In this document: piece after piece, positions 36,452 through 45,875 of the stretch
Numbering within the stretch: position 1 is the stretch's first letter
Layout: each line of letters starts with the position of its first letter
Assembly: GCA_036787775.1 (NCBI GenBank)
Contig: DAIQOR010000003.1
Span: 9,466 to 73,465 of the forward strand
Reading direction: 5' to 3'
DNA length: 64,000 nt
Source: a bacterium
GTDB taxonomy: Archaea; Nanobdellota; Nanobdellia; Pacearchaeales; GW2011-AR1
The notes under the pieces: model-generated
The model's input: the letters and a program-made list of their open reading frames with translations, nothing else
The model's database searches: none
What the model was told of the DNA's origin: nothing
Translations under genes and position numbers: made by a program

Positions 36452-36537
36452 CTTCGTTGGAAGAAGTCTCGAGTACGGACGTACCCCAAGGAGGGGCGAG
36501 AACCTGCAAGCAGGCACTTCGTAACCTTCCGCCTCGT
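36452..36537 (+). ncRNA. candidate structured ncRNA (GC-rich multi-hairpin island); strand not determined
   Basis: Local GC well above surroundings; nested helices GGAAGAAGT/ACTT..CTTCC, CTCG/CGAG, GTAC-GGAC-GTAC, CCCC-aagga-GGGG. Confidence 0.35.
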
Positions 36538-36619
36538 ATAAACCTAAAAATAATTCAAAATTTTATATATGGAAATATAAATTAGTTAAGTTTATAATTT
36601 GAAATTTCATTATTAATTT

Positions 36620-37018
36620 ATGAAAGAGGAGATAGTTAGATATTCTGCACCTGTGAAGTATTTCTTTTTTTTGGCGGGGCTGATTGCGACTTTGGCTTAT
36701 CGGGTTGTCATTGTGTTGAATTTTTATAGTCCGCTTTGGGTTAAGATTTCTTGGTATATTGGAACTGTGGGTTTCATTTTGTATTTTGGTTATCAATATA
36801 GTGTTGAGGCAAGAGAAAGAAATATTATTTTAGATTATGGTTTGGCGAAGATGATTAGGGACGATAAAAAAATAAAAGGAAAGCAAAGGCAGGCCTTGAA
36901 TTATGTGATTAATACTTCTGTAAATTCAAAGGCGAGGTGGAATTCTTTGCTTATTTGCTTGCTTTCAATTTTTGCTTTGATTGTTGGAATTGTTTTGGAT
37001 GCGGGAGTTTTTGGATAG
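36620..37018 (+). CDS. hypothetical membrane protein (4 TM)
   Basis: 132 aa. Confidence 0.4.
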   Translation: MKEEIVRYSAPVKYFFFLAGLIATLAYRVVIVLNFYSPLWVKISWYIGTVGFILYFGYQYSVEARERNIILDYGLAKMIRDDKKIKGKQRQALNYVINTSVNSKARWNSLLICLLSIFALIVGIVLDAGVFG

Positions 37019-37048
37019 TTTTATTAATTCTATTTTTCTTTTAGTTTT

Positions 37049-38317
37049 ATGACAGCAGAAGTTGGAGATTATGTTGAATTGCATTTTAGTTTGAAAATTT
37101 ATGAAGGTGTTTTGTTAGAAGTTCCGAAGTCGGAGAAGGGCATTGTGCTTTTGAAGTTGGATAATGGTTATAATATTGGTTTTAATAAAAAAGATATTTT
37201 GGAAATTAAAGTTAAGCGGAAGTTTAAGAAAGGCGAGAAAGTTGAGGAAATTATTAAGAAAGATTCTGCGAAGCCGAATGTAGCGATGATAATTACTGGC
37301 GGGACTATTGCTTCGAAGTTGGATGCAAAAACGGGGGGCGTTAGTTGGTTGACTGACACGAATGATTTTTTAAAATTTTATCCTGAGCTTTTGAAGAAAG
37401 TTAATATTTCTAAAATTGAAGTTCCGTTTATGAAAGGTTCGGAGGATATGGATTACAAAGATTGGATTAAAATTGCTAAAACTTGTGAAAAATTACTTAA
37501 TGATGATAATCTTAAAGGAATTATAATTACGCATGGGACAGATACTTTGCATTTTACAGCGTCGGCGTTGAGTTTTATGTTGAGGGATTTGAACAAGCCG
37601 GTTGTTTTGACTTATTCGCAGAGAAGTATTGATAGAGGTTCGTCGGATGCGAATTTGAATTTGCAGTGTTCGGCGTTGACGGCGATTTCTGATATTGCTG
37701 AAGTGGTTTTAGTTGGGCACGCGACGACAAATGATGATTATTGTTATGCTTTGCGTGGAACTAAAGTTAGAAAGTTGCATGCTTCTCGACGGGATGCGTT
37801 TAAGCCAGTGAATGAAAAACCTATTGCGAAAATTGATTCGGAGAAGATAATTATTTTGAATGAACATAAAATTAGAAATAAAGCGAAGGTGAAATTGGAT
37901 ACAAAATTCGAGGAGAAAGTTGCGTTGTTGAAATTTTATCCGGGGCAGAGTGCGGATATTTTGGATTATTATTTGAAAAATAAATTTAAGGGAATTGTGA
38001 TTGAGATGACTGGGTTAGGACATGTTGCGACTTCGAGTTCGAGAAATAGTTGGATTAAAAAGTTGAAAGAAGTTCAGGAAAAAGGTTTGATTGTTTGTGC
38101 CGCGGCTCAGACGATTAATGGGAAATTGGATCCTTTAGTTTATTCTAATGGTCGAGAGATTATGGAGACAGGAGTTATTTTTTTGAAAGATATGTTGAGT
38201 GAGACGGCTTTTGTGAAATTGGGTTGGGTTTTGGGGCATGTTACGAAAAAAGAAGAAGTAAAGAAATTGATGTTGGAAAATATTTCTGGTGAGTTTAATG
38301 AAAGGTTGGAAGAATAG
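37049..38317 (+). CDS. gatD: Glu-tRNA(Gln) amidotransferase subunit D (GatD), asparaginase-like
   Basis: N-terminal small domain plus type I asparaginase fold (ITGGTIAS, HGTDT). Confidence 0.8.
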   Translation: MTAEVGDYVELHFSLKIYEGVLLEVPKSEKGIVLLKLDNGYNIGFNKKDILEIKVKRKFKKGEKVEEIIKKDSAKPNVAMIITGGTIASKLDAKTGGVSWLTDTNDFLKFYPELLKKVNISKIEVPFMKGSEDMDYKDWIKIAKTCEKLLNDDNLKGIIITHGTDTLHFTASALSFMLRDLNKPVVLTYSQRSIDRGSSDANLNLQCSALTAISDIAEVVLVGHATTNDDYCYALRGTKVRKLHASRRDAFKPVNEKPIAKIDSEKIIILNEHKIRNKAKVKLDTKFEEKVALLKFYPGQSADILDYYLKNKFKGIVIEMTGLGHVATSSSRNSWIKKLKEVQEKGLIVCAAAQTINGKLDPLVYSNGREIMETGVIFLKDMLSETAFVKLGWVLGHVTKKEEVKKLMLENISGEFNERLEE

Positions 38318-38351
38318 AAAGAATTAAATATCTGAGTAAATAAATTAACTT

Positions 38352-38579
38352 ATGAAAAGAAATAATTATATTTTAATTTTTTTGGTTATTGGGGCACTTG
38401 CTGGATTGATTTATGGTTTTAGTTATTCACCAACTTGTCCGGTTAATTCTTTAACAGGAGAGATTTCTTCTTGTATGGGAGATCCAAAATATTACGCTTT
38501 TTTTGGATTAATTGGCGGTTCTATTGCTGGGGCAGTTGTCGGATTAATTTTGGGATTAATTTTTAATCGGAAAAAATAA
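38352..38579 (+). CDS. small membrane protein, hypothetical
   Basis: 75 aa, 2 TM. Confidence 0.35.
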   Translation: MKRNNYILIFLVIGALAGLIYGFSYSPTCPVNSLTGEISSCMGDPKYYAFFGLIGGSIAGAVVGLILGLIFNRKK

Positions 38580-38589
38580 TTTTTCATTA

Positions 38590-39018
38590 TCACTTCTTTC
38601 CCAATCTCCTTTCAATTCTATCAAGTTGTTTGAGAATGATAACATTTTCTCTTTCGGCTTTTCTGTTAACTTTATAGTCATATTCCGCTCGTTGTCTGTC
38701 TTTTTCTGAAGCTCTGTTTTGGGACATTAAAATTACTGGAGCTTGGATTGCGGCGAGGCAGGATAAAACTAAGTTTAGAAAAATGAATGGGTATTCGTCC
38801 CAATTTTTTCCGAAGATTATCCAACTTGTGTTCATAGTCATCCAAAGAACTATAAGAATAAAAAAAGATATTATGAATGTCCAACTTCCTGCCCATTTGG
38901 TTAGTTTGTCGGCGGCTCTTTGACCGAGGGTGATTTTTCCTCCGAATCCGAGGGCATCCGTGATAGTTTTGTTAATCACAATTTGTTTTTTGTCGTCTCC
39001 TTTTATCATATTATTCAA
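38590..39018 (-). CDS. DUF1003 family membrane protein
   Basis: FGKNWDEYPFIFLNLVLSCLAAIQAPVILMSQNRASEKDR..AEYDYKVNRKAE matches the DUF1003 signature. Confidence 0.65.
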   Translation of the reverse strand: MNNMIKGDDKKQIVINKTITDALGFGGKITLGQRAADKLTKWAGSWTFIISFFILIVLWMTMNTSWIIFGKNWDEYPFIFLNLVLSCLAAIQAPVILMSQNRASEKDRQRAEYDYKVNRKAERENVIILKQLDRIERRLGKK

Positions 39019-39103
39019 AGGGAAATTTTTTTTATAAATGTATTTGATGGAATTACTTTAATGTTGTAACTATTTAAAGGTTACAAATAGAAAGGTTTAA
39101 ATA

Positions 39104-40075
39104 TTGAAAAATCGTAAATTATTTATGGCAAATAAGGAACAAATTATGTCTTATATTGATGCAATGAAAGAGGCTTCGTCTTTAATTACGAGAGAGAATC
39201 CTGACTATTTAGTTGTACCTATGTTGGGTTCTATTCCTTTTATAGATGCAATGGCAATTGTGGATCGTGATTTTGATCCAACAAATGTTATCTATATGCC
39301 GGCTTCGAGTAGAATTAATAATATTAGTCACATAATAAAAGAGTGGTATGGGAATTTTTTAGAAGACGTTGTTAATTCTCCAAATCATTTTCCAACTATT
39401 TTAGGAATTGACGAAGTTGTTAGTGGTAATTCTCTTGTTAGATGCGTTAAGAATATTGATGTGGCTACTCAAAATTATAGAAAATTATTGCAGCAAGATT
39501 TAATAAAACGAATTTCTTCTCACGACGATGAGGAATGTTTGAAGGCAATTGATGATTTAGATTTTTTGACAGATAGTAAGGAGAGCGTTGAACTAACAAA
39601 TATTAGAAATAGATTTGGTGATGGTTCTTACAGAAAGGATAAATCTCTTGTTATTAATGATTCAAAATATCTTCGAGAATCAGTTAAAAAATCTCTTTCA
39701 GAGAAATTAGTTTATAGGTCAATCGGGATAGAAGATTCTAAAGCAAAAAATAATCGAGGTAAACAATATTCTTCTTTGAGATCTGAAGGCCGAATTTTGC
39801 CGGTTGAAGTTGAGATGATTCTTACAATGGATGATCCGAGACTTTGCCCCGTTAGTTATGAAATGGCAAAAGGTGTAAATAGTTCTGATTATGATATTTT
39901 TACTCCAAGAGTAAAAAATGATCTTAATGTCACTGAAGAGTATGTTAATTTTCTTTCAAATCTTGCAAGATATGTTGGAGTAAATCCTTCACAAGTTTCA
40001 ATAACTACTGTGGGAAATATGGAGCGTATGCTTGCGTCAAACAAATATCTTGAAGATAGTAATAATTCCCATTAA
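39104..40075 (+). CDS. hypothetical protein with N-terminal phosphoribosyltransferase-like fold
   Basis: VVPMLGSIPF ... ILGIDEVVSGNSL resembles the PRTase type I PRPP-binding loop; C-terminal 180 aa unknown. Confidence 0.35.
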   Translation: MKNRKLFMANKEQIMSYIDAMKEASSLITRENPDYLVVPMLGSIPFIDAMAIVDRDFDPTNVIYMPASSRINNISHIIKEWYGNFLEDVVNSPNHFPTILGIDEVVSGNSLVRCVKNIDVATQNYRKLLQQDLIKRISSHDDEECLKAIDDLDFLTDSKESVELTNIRNRFGDGSYRKDKSLVINDSKYLRESVKKSLSEKLVYRSIGIEDSKAKNNRGKQYSSLRSEGRILPVEVEMILTMDDPRLCPVSYEMAKGVNSSDYDIFTPRVKNDLNVTEEYVNFLSNLARYVGVNPSQVSITTVGNMERMLASNKYLEDSNNSH

Positions 40076-40105
40076 TTTATTAAACTCTTTCTTCTTTATT
40101 TTTCA

Positions 40106-41542
40106 ATGGATTATGAAAAGTTAGGATTTAAGTCTGGGTTGGAAATTCATCAGCAGTTGGACACGCATAAACTTTTTTGTGATTGTCCGTCGGTGTTGAG
40201 AAATGATGAGCCGGATTATGAGGTTGAGCGGAGGTTGCATGCGGTTGCGGGAGAGTCGGGCGAAGTTGATGTTGCGGTTGCGCACGAAGTTTCTTTGAAT
40301 AAAAAATTTATTTACCAGGGTTATAATGAAAATGTTTGTCTTGTTGATTTGGACGAGGAGCCGCCGCATGAGATTAATTCTGAGGCTTTGAAGATTGCGT
40401 TGCAGATTGCAATTTTGTTGAATTGTAAAATTGTGCCCTTGAGTCAGATTATGCGGAAAACGGTTTTGAATGGTTCGAACACGGGCGGGTTTCAGAGGAC
40501 AGTTATGATTGCATTTGATGGTTTTGTTGAGACTTCTCGAGGGAATGTTAGAATTAATCATCTGTTTTTGGAAGAGGATTCTGCGCGTCCCGTCGAGAAA
40601 ACCGAAGATAAAGTTATTTATCGTCTTGATAGGTTGGGAATTCCTTTGGTTGAGATTGCTACTCGTGCAGATATTAAAGATGCAGAGCACGCAAAAGAAA
40701 CTGCTTTAAAGATTGGTGAGATTTTGAGAAGTTGTAAAGTTCGTCGAGGAATTGGAACTATTAGACAGGATATTAATATTTCAATTAAGGGAACTAATCG
40801 AGTTGAGTTGAAAGGTTTTCAGGATCCGAAAATGATGATTAAGACAGTTGAGAACGAAGTTGAAAGGCAGTTGGAATTTGTAAAAGTTAAGAAAGAAAAT
40901 TCTGAAGAAGTTAGAAATGTTTTGGAGGATGGGAGTTCGGAGTTTTTGAGACCGATGCCCGGAAGTGCGAGAATGTATCCGGAGACAGATTTGCCGTTGT
41001 TGAAAATTCATCGAGATTTAATTAATGAAGTTAAGCGGACTTTGCCGAAATTGCGAAGTGTTGTCGAGGAGGAATTGAGGAAAGAGGGGCTTGGCGAGGA
41101 TATGATTAAGTTATTGTTTAAGCAGAATAAAGTTGAGGAATATAAAGAATTGTTGGCGATTTTTAATAATCCGAATTTGGTCGCGAAGATTTTATTGATG
41201 TGGTTGAAAGAGGTTGGGACGAAGAATAATTTGGGCGAGGAGCGGGTTGAGGAATTGGTTGAGGATAATCTTGGAAATGTTTTGAGTTTGTTGGTTAAGA
41301 AAAAGATTTCGGAGAATCAGATTAAGGATGTGATGGATAAGTTGGCGAAGGGAGAGAGTTTGGAAGATGCGATTAAAGTTGAGAAAATTGATTTGGGTGA
41401 TGTCGAGGAGAAAATTTTGAAAATGATAAAATCGAAACCCGGACTTTCTGAAAAGGCTTATATGGGATTGGTGATGAAGGAGTTTGGTGGAAAAGTTTCT
41501 GGAAAAGAAGTTATGGGGATTATTGGGAAGTTTGTGAAATGA
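40106..41542 (+). CDS. gatE: Glu-tRNA(Gln) amidotransferase subunit E (GatE)
   Basis: SGLEIHQQLDT.KLFCDC N-terminus, short length and archaeal-type insertion. Confidence 0.8.
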   Translation: MDYEKLGFKSGLEIHQQLDTHKLFCDCPSVLRNDEPDYEVERRLHAVAGESGEVDVAVAHEVSLNKKFIYQGYNENVCLVDLDEEPPHEINSEALKIALQIAILLNCKIVPLSQIMRKTVLNGSNTGGFQRTVMIAFDGFVETSRGNVRINHLFLEEDSARPVEKTEDKVIYRLDRLGIPLVEIATRADIKDAEHAKETALKIGEILRSCKVRRGIGTIRQDINISIKGTNRVELKGFQDPKMMIKTVENEVERQLEFVKVKKENSEEVRNVLEDGSSEFLRPMPGSARMYPETDLPLLKIHRDLINEVKRTLPKLRSVVEEELRKEGLGEDMIKLLFKQNKVEEYKELLAIFNNPNLVAKILLMWLKEVGTKNNLGEERVEELVEDNLGNVLSLLVKKKISENQIKDVMDKLAKGESLEDAIKVEKIDLGDVEEKILKMIKSKPGLSEKAYMGLVMKEFGGKVSGKEVMGIIGKFVK

Positions 41543-41721
41543 AAGAAGATTATAATTTAGGTTTGCAAAAGGCGATGGATGAATGTAAAGAATTATATTC
41601 CGAATGTGTAAAATATATGGATGATTGTACTAAGTGCCCTTATTCTGATAAAAATTGTAAGAGTGGTTGTAGGGTTTTTGATGAATTGTTAGGGCGATTA
41701 GAAAAGAGTAAAAAGAAATAA
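41539..41721 (+). CDS. small Cys-rich protein (7 Cys in 60 aa)
   Basis: ATGA overlap with the gatE stop. Confidence 0.35.
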   Translation: MKEDYNLGLQKAMDECKELYSECVKYMDDCTKCPYSDKNCKSGCRVFDELLGRLEKSKKK

Positions 41722-41751
41722 TTTTAAATAACCTATTTCCTTTTTCTTTTC

Positions 41752-42162
41752 ATGAAGACTTGGATTAAAGTGGTTTTAATTTTTCTTGTAATATTTTTAT
41801 TAATTATTGGGGGATATTTTTCTTATAAAAAAATTAAGAGTATGATGTACCGAGAGAAGATAGTTGATGAAAATCTTTGTTTTCAAGAATGTGTTCTTTT
41901 AGTATTTCCAGAATCCGAGGGAGAAATTGACTCTTCGGCACTTTATCAATTTGTTTCGAATGCTTCTTTTAATTGTCGTCTTCAGTGCTTTTCTGGATTG
42001 TATGAAAATTATTATGATGATAAACTAAAATCTTTGAGTCCTTATTGTTTGACAATTTCAGAGAATGTAATGGAAGAAGATTCATTTGAATCTAAAAATA
42101 AACAGTATAAAACTTATCTTGAATGTATGAATAATGAATTTAAGAAATTGAAGAATGATTAA
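41752..42162 (+). CDS. membrane-anchored Cys-containing protein, hypothetical
   Basis: N-terminal TM, 136 aa. Confidence 0.35.
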   Translation: MKTWIKVVLIFLVIFLLIIGGYFSYKKIKSMMYREKIVDENLCFQECVLLVFPESEGEIDSSALYQFVSNASFNCRLQCFSGLYENYYDDKLKSLSPYCLTISENVMEEDSFESKNKQYKTYLECMNNEFKKLKND

Positions 42163-42191
42163 TTATATAACTTAGAAATTCTTTTTTATTC

Positions 42192-42563
42192 ATGAAAATT
42201 AGATGGCATTTGTTTTTTTCGGTGGTGGTTTTTGTAGATGTGATTTTTGCTGGGGCTTATGCTTATTAATATGTTGAATGTTGGAGCATGTTGGATTCGG
42301 TTTATTTTGTGGTTGTGACTGTGATAACGATTGGTTATGGCGATATTGTTCCGATTACAGCGACGGGAAAAATTTTTACAATGTTTTATTCTTTTTTTGG
42401 AGTTGGAATGGCGTTTTATTTTCTTTCTTTAATTGGAATTGTGATGTTTAAGAAACATGTTTCGGCAAAGGTGAGTGAAATTAAAAGAGAAGTTAAGAAG
42501 GAGGAAAAGATTAAGGATGCTGTTGATGAGGCGATAAAAAGAAATAAAAAAAGGAAGAGATAA
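42192..42563 (+). pseudogene. two-TM (KcsA-type) potassium channel interrupted by an in-frame TAA between TM1 and the pore helix
   Basis: 42192..42266 encodes MKIRWHLFFSVVVFVDVIFAGAYAY then TAA at 42267; the same frame continues into 42288..42563 with LDSVYFVVVTVITIGYGD selectivity filter and TM2. Confidence 0.6.
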
Positions 42564-42593
42564 TTTAATAAACAATATTTTTCTGTTTAATTT

Positions 42594-43901
42594 ATGAAAG
42601 ATGATTTTGATTTGGTTAAGTTGAATGAAAATAGAACCTCGATAAAAGATGTTTTTGAAAGTAAGAAAAAGAGCGTTGAGATTGCGGGTTGGGTGCATAA
42701 TACTCGTGGGCTTGGGAAGATTAAGTTTTTGCTTTTGAGAGATGTTTCGGGTTTGATTCAGGTTACGGCGGTTAAGGGGAAAGTTGACGACGCTGTTTTT
42801 GAAATTGCTGATAAAGTTTCTCGAGAGTCGGTGGTTTATGTTAAGGGTTCGGTTGTGGATTCGAAACAGGCGCCTGGTGGGAAGGAAATTATTCCAGAGA
42901 AGATTTATGTTTTTGCGAGTGCGGATGAATTGCCGATTGATGTTTCTGATTTTTCTAAAACTGAATTGCCGAAGAGGTTGGATTATCGGTTTTTGGATTT
43001 GCATCGTTCGAGGACGCAGGCGATTTTTAAAGTTCAGTCTACAATTATGCAGGCGTTTAGAGAATTTATGATTAAAGAAAATGCGGTTGAAGCGGTTTTT
43101 CCGTCGATAATTAGTTCTTCGAGTGAGGGGGGGACAGAATTATTCGAGGCGAAATATTTTGATAAGAAAGCTTATTTGAGTCAGAGTTGTCAGTTGTATA
43201 AACAAATGTTGGCTTGTTCGATGGAGAAAGTTTTTTCAATTTTTACTGTTTGGCGGGCGGAGAAGCATAACACAGTTCGGCATTTGAATGAAGCGAGGCA
43301 GTTGGATTTTGAGATGGCGTTTGCGGACGAGTTTGTGGTGATGGAAGTTATGGGGCGTTGTGTTCAGTATATTATTGAGAAAGTTTTGGAAATAAATTCT
43401 GAAGAGTTGAAATTATTGGAAGTTAAATTGAAAGTGCCGAAGACGAAATATATTACTTTTGAAGAAGTTGTGGAGTTGATGAAGAAAAATAAAATTAATA
43501 TGGAGAAGCACGATTTGTCTACAGAGGCAGAGAAAAAGTTAGGGGATTTGTTTCCGGATACGATTGTTTTTGTGCATGATTGGCCATTGGAAGGCAAGCC
43601 GTTTTATATTATGCCGAAGGGAAAAAATTCTTCGAAAGGTTTTGATGCGATTTATCAAGGAATGGAGATAACTTCTGGAGGACAGAGAATTCATATTCCA
43701 GAATTGTTGGAAGAAAGATTGAAAGCGAAGGGATTGAAATCTAAGGATTTTAAGTCTTATATTGATAGTTTTAGATTTGGTGCGCCTCCTCACGCGGGTT
43801 GGGGAATTGGTTTGGAAAGATTGACTATGTTAATTTTAGGAATTCAGAATATTCGTGAAGTTACTTTGTTCCCGCGTGATAGAGATAGGCTTACACCGTA
43901 A
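42594..43901 (+). CDS. aspS: class IIb aspartyl-tRNA synthetase (possibly non-discriminating; AsnRS not excluded)
   Basis: OB-fold N-terminus, SQSCQLYKQM flipping-loop region, FRAE-type motif 2, GAPPHAGWGIGLERL motif 3; 435 aa. Confidence 0.7.
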   Translation: MKDDFDLVKLNENRTSIKDVFESKKKSVEIAGWVHNTRGLGKIKFLLLRDVSGLIQVTAVKGKVDDAVFEIADKVSRESVVYVKGSVVDSKQAPGGKEIIPEKIYVFASADELPIDVSDFSKTELPKRLDYRFLDLHRSRTQAIFKVQSTIMQAFREFMIKENAVEAVFPSIISSSSEGGTELFEAKYFDKKAYLSQSCQLYKQMLACSMEKVFSIFTVWRAEKHNTVRHLNEARQLDFEMAFADEFVVMEVMGRCVQYIIEKVLEINSEELKLLEVKLKVPKTKYITFEEVVELMKKNKINMEKHDLSTEAEKKLGDLFPDTIVFVHDWPLEGKPFYIMPKGKNSSKGFDAIYQGMEITSGGQRIHIPELLEERLKAKGLKSKDFKSYIDSFRFGAPPHAGWGIGLERLTMLILGIQNIREVTLFPRDRDRLTP

Positions 43902-43959
43902 TTCTTACTGTAATTTAGTGGTTAGAAAGCTTTAAAAATGATTAACCTTGTGGAGTTTT

Positions 43960-44058
43960 ATGGCATGCGATTGTGGAAAATGCGATGAGTGTAAGTGGAA
44001 TGCGATAGAAGACGACACTAGTTTGGACGATGATTTGGATTTCCTCGATGACGATTAG
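43960..44058 (+). CDS. small acidic CxxC peptide MACDCGKCDECKWNAIEDDTSLDDDLDFLDDD (32 aa)
   Basis: ATG preceded by ggag; not in the ORF track (<60 aa). Confidence 0.35.
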   Translation: MACDCGKCDECKWNAIEDDTSLDDDLDFLDDD

Positions 44059-44138
44059 TTTCCCTTTAGGGTTTATGTAAATCTTTAAAAAAGGTGGAAT
44101 TTTTATGTTTCTATCTAAATTAAGGAGGTAAAAATAAA

Positions 44139-44378
44139 ATGACATGTGGCGAATGCGATGAAGAAATTGAAGATGTTGAAGAAGATTCAGATGAAGAAGA
44201 ATCAGAAAATGATTCTAGTGAGGATTCAGATGATGATTCTGAAGATGTAGAAGAATCTGAAGATGAAGTTGAAGAAGAGGTTATAGAAGGGTCTGATGCG
44301 GAAGATGAAGTTGTAGAAGAAGATTCCGATGATGATGACGATGACGACGATTCCGATGATGATGAGGATGAATATTAA
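44139..44378 (+). CDS. hyperacidic protein (N-terminal MTCGECDEE, then ~70% D/E/S)
   Basis: 79 aa; strong aggagg Shine-Dalgarno-like sequence 9 nt upstream. Confidence 0.45.
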   Translation: MTCGECDEEIEDVEEDSDEEESENDSSEDSDDDSEDVEESEDEVEEEVIEGSDAEDEVVEEDSDDDDDDDDSDDDEDEY

Positions 44379-44501
44379 TCTTTCTCATTTTTTATTTTTA
44401 TTTTTATTTTTTATTGGCTAGTTTGTACCTATTTTTTAGGGCATGGAAATGTTTAAAAACTGAACAAATAAATAGTTTTATTCTAAATTGGAGGGTTGAA
44501 A

Positions 44502-44582
44502 ATGCCTGAAGACGAATATGACGATGACTATAACGAAGATGACGATGACTTCGATGCAGACGATGACTACGACGACGAGTAA
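44502..44582 (+). CDS. small hyperacidic peptide MPEDEYDDDYNEDDDDFDADDDYDDE (26 aa)
   Basis: ggaggg 7 nt upstream of the ATG. Confidence 0.3.
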   Translation: MPEDEYDDDYNEDDDDFDADDDYDDE

Positions 44583-44648
44583 GTTTCTTAGTTAGTCGAC
44601 TTTATTTTTTATTTTTTATAAATTTATATACTCTGTTTCTGAGGGATT

Positions 44649-45503
44649 TTGATGTTGGAAAGTATTTTAAATGAAAGTTCTTTGAATGAAAGTATGAAAG
44701 TTTTGATTGTTGGTGATCCACATGGAGATATTTCTAAGATTAAAAAGTCTGATTTGAAAAAAGCTGATTTGATTTTGATTACAGGAGATATTGGGAAAGC
44801 GGATTTGGCTCGGAAGCAATTTTTTGAAAATCTTAAACGAAAGAGGGAGGGTTTGCCTGAATTAGAAAAGGATGCGAAGTTTGAGAAAAAAGTTCGGATG
44901 GAAATTTATGATTCGACTTTGAGTATTGTTAAAGAATTGTCAAGATATGCTCCAGTTTATTCTATTTTGGGAAATGTTGGTTCAACAATGATTCAAGAAT
45001 TTGAAAGGAAAAAAGTGGAGAAGAAAAATAAAATTAAATTACCTTCTCTTAGAAAAGAATTAGATAAGATTGAAAATTTTTATTTGGTTAAAAATGTTTC
45101 GAGGAATATTGGGAATTTGAGGGTTGGTTTTTTGGAGCATTTTAATGATGTTTCTTGGGTTAAGGAATTCAAACCTAAAGATTATTCTAAAGAATTGAAA
45201 CGAGCTAAAAAAGAAAGTGATAAAGCAAAAAAAGTTTTGAGGAATTTTAAGAATATTGATGTGTTGGTTTGTCATGCTCCACCTTATGGAATTTTGGATG
45301 AAGTTAGTGGAAAATTTGGGGCGCCGAAACATTGGTGGGGAAAGCATGCGGGGAGCAAAGTTATTTTAGATTATGTTAAGAAATATCAACCGAAATATGT
45401 TTTTTGTGGGCACATTCACGAGGGGAAAGGAATGAAGAAGATTGGGAAATCGATTGTGTATAACGTTGGTTTTAATGGTGATTATGTTTTGTTGGATATT
45501 TAA
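44649..45503 (+). CDS. calcineurin-like metallophosphoesterase
   Basis: VGDPHGD (motif I), GDIG (motif II), CGHIHEG (motif V). Confidence 0.7.
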   Translation: MMLESILNESSLNESMKVLIVGDPHGDISKIKKSDLKKADLILITGDIGKADLARKQFFENLKRKREGLPELEKDAKFEKKVRMEIYDSTLSIVKELSRYAPVYSILGNVGSTMIQEFERKKVEKKNKIKLPSLRKELDKIENFYLVKNVSRNIGNLRVGFLEHFNDVSWVKEFKPKDYSKELKRAKKESDKAKKVLRNFKNIDVLVCHAPPYGILDEVSGKFGAPKHWWGKHAGSKVILDYVKKYQPKYVFCGHIHEGKGMKKIGKSIVYNVGFNGDYVLLDI

Positions 45504-45536
45504 TAATTTTATAAATTGATTTGTTCTTTGTAATTA

Positions 45537-45875
45537 ATGGAAGAATTGGTGAGAAATGTCTTAAAAAAGATTGAGGCTTATTCTTTAAATCAAATTGAAA
45601 TTCGACCTTATTGTTTTGGAAGAATGAATGAGAGAAATGTTGAGGAGACTCTTTTAATATCAACGCTTTTTTCAAGAAATCTTTATTATGTCCAGAAACA
45701 AAATAAGACTTTTAATGGAGAACCTGAAAAAAGATATAAATTAATATTCAAAATAAGTTCGAAATATTCTTTAATTATCATTGTGGCTTTTGGGGCAAAG
45801 ATTTTAAAGGTCATTAATGTTATTAAAACTAGTAAAGGGGTGGAGAAAAAATGGCAGAAAGAAATATTAAAGTAA
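45537..45875 (+). CDS. putative DUF4258-like toxin component
   Basis: 112 aa; overlaps the downstream DUF2283 gene by 25 nt; pattern compatible with DUF4258 but weak. Confidence 0.35.
   Translation: MEELVRNVLKKIEAYSLNQIEIRPYCFGRMNERNVEETLLISTLFSRNLYYVQKQNKTFNGEPEKRYKLIFKISSKYSLIIIVAFGAKILKVINVIKTSKGVEKKWQKEILK

Noticed and set aside
40121-43004. Minus-strand ORFs antisense to gatE (40121..40690, 40781..41011) and to aspS and the channel gene (42429..43004)
   Set aside because: Antisense artefacts with low-complexity translations.
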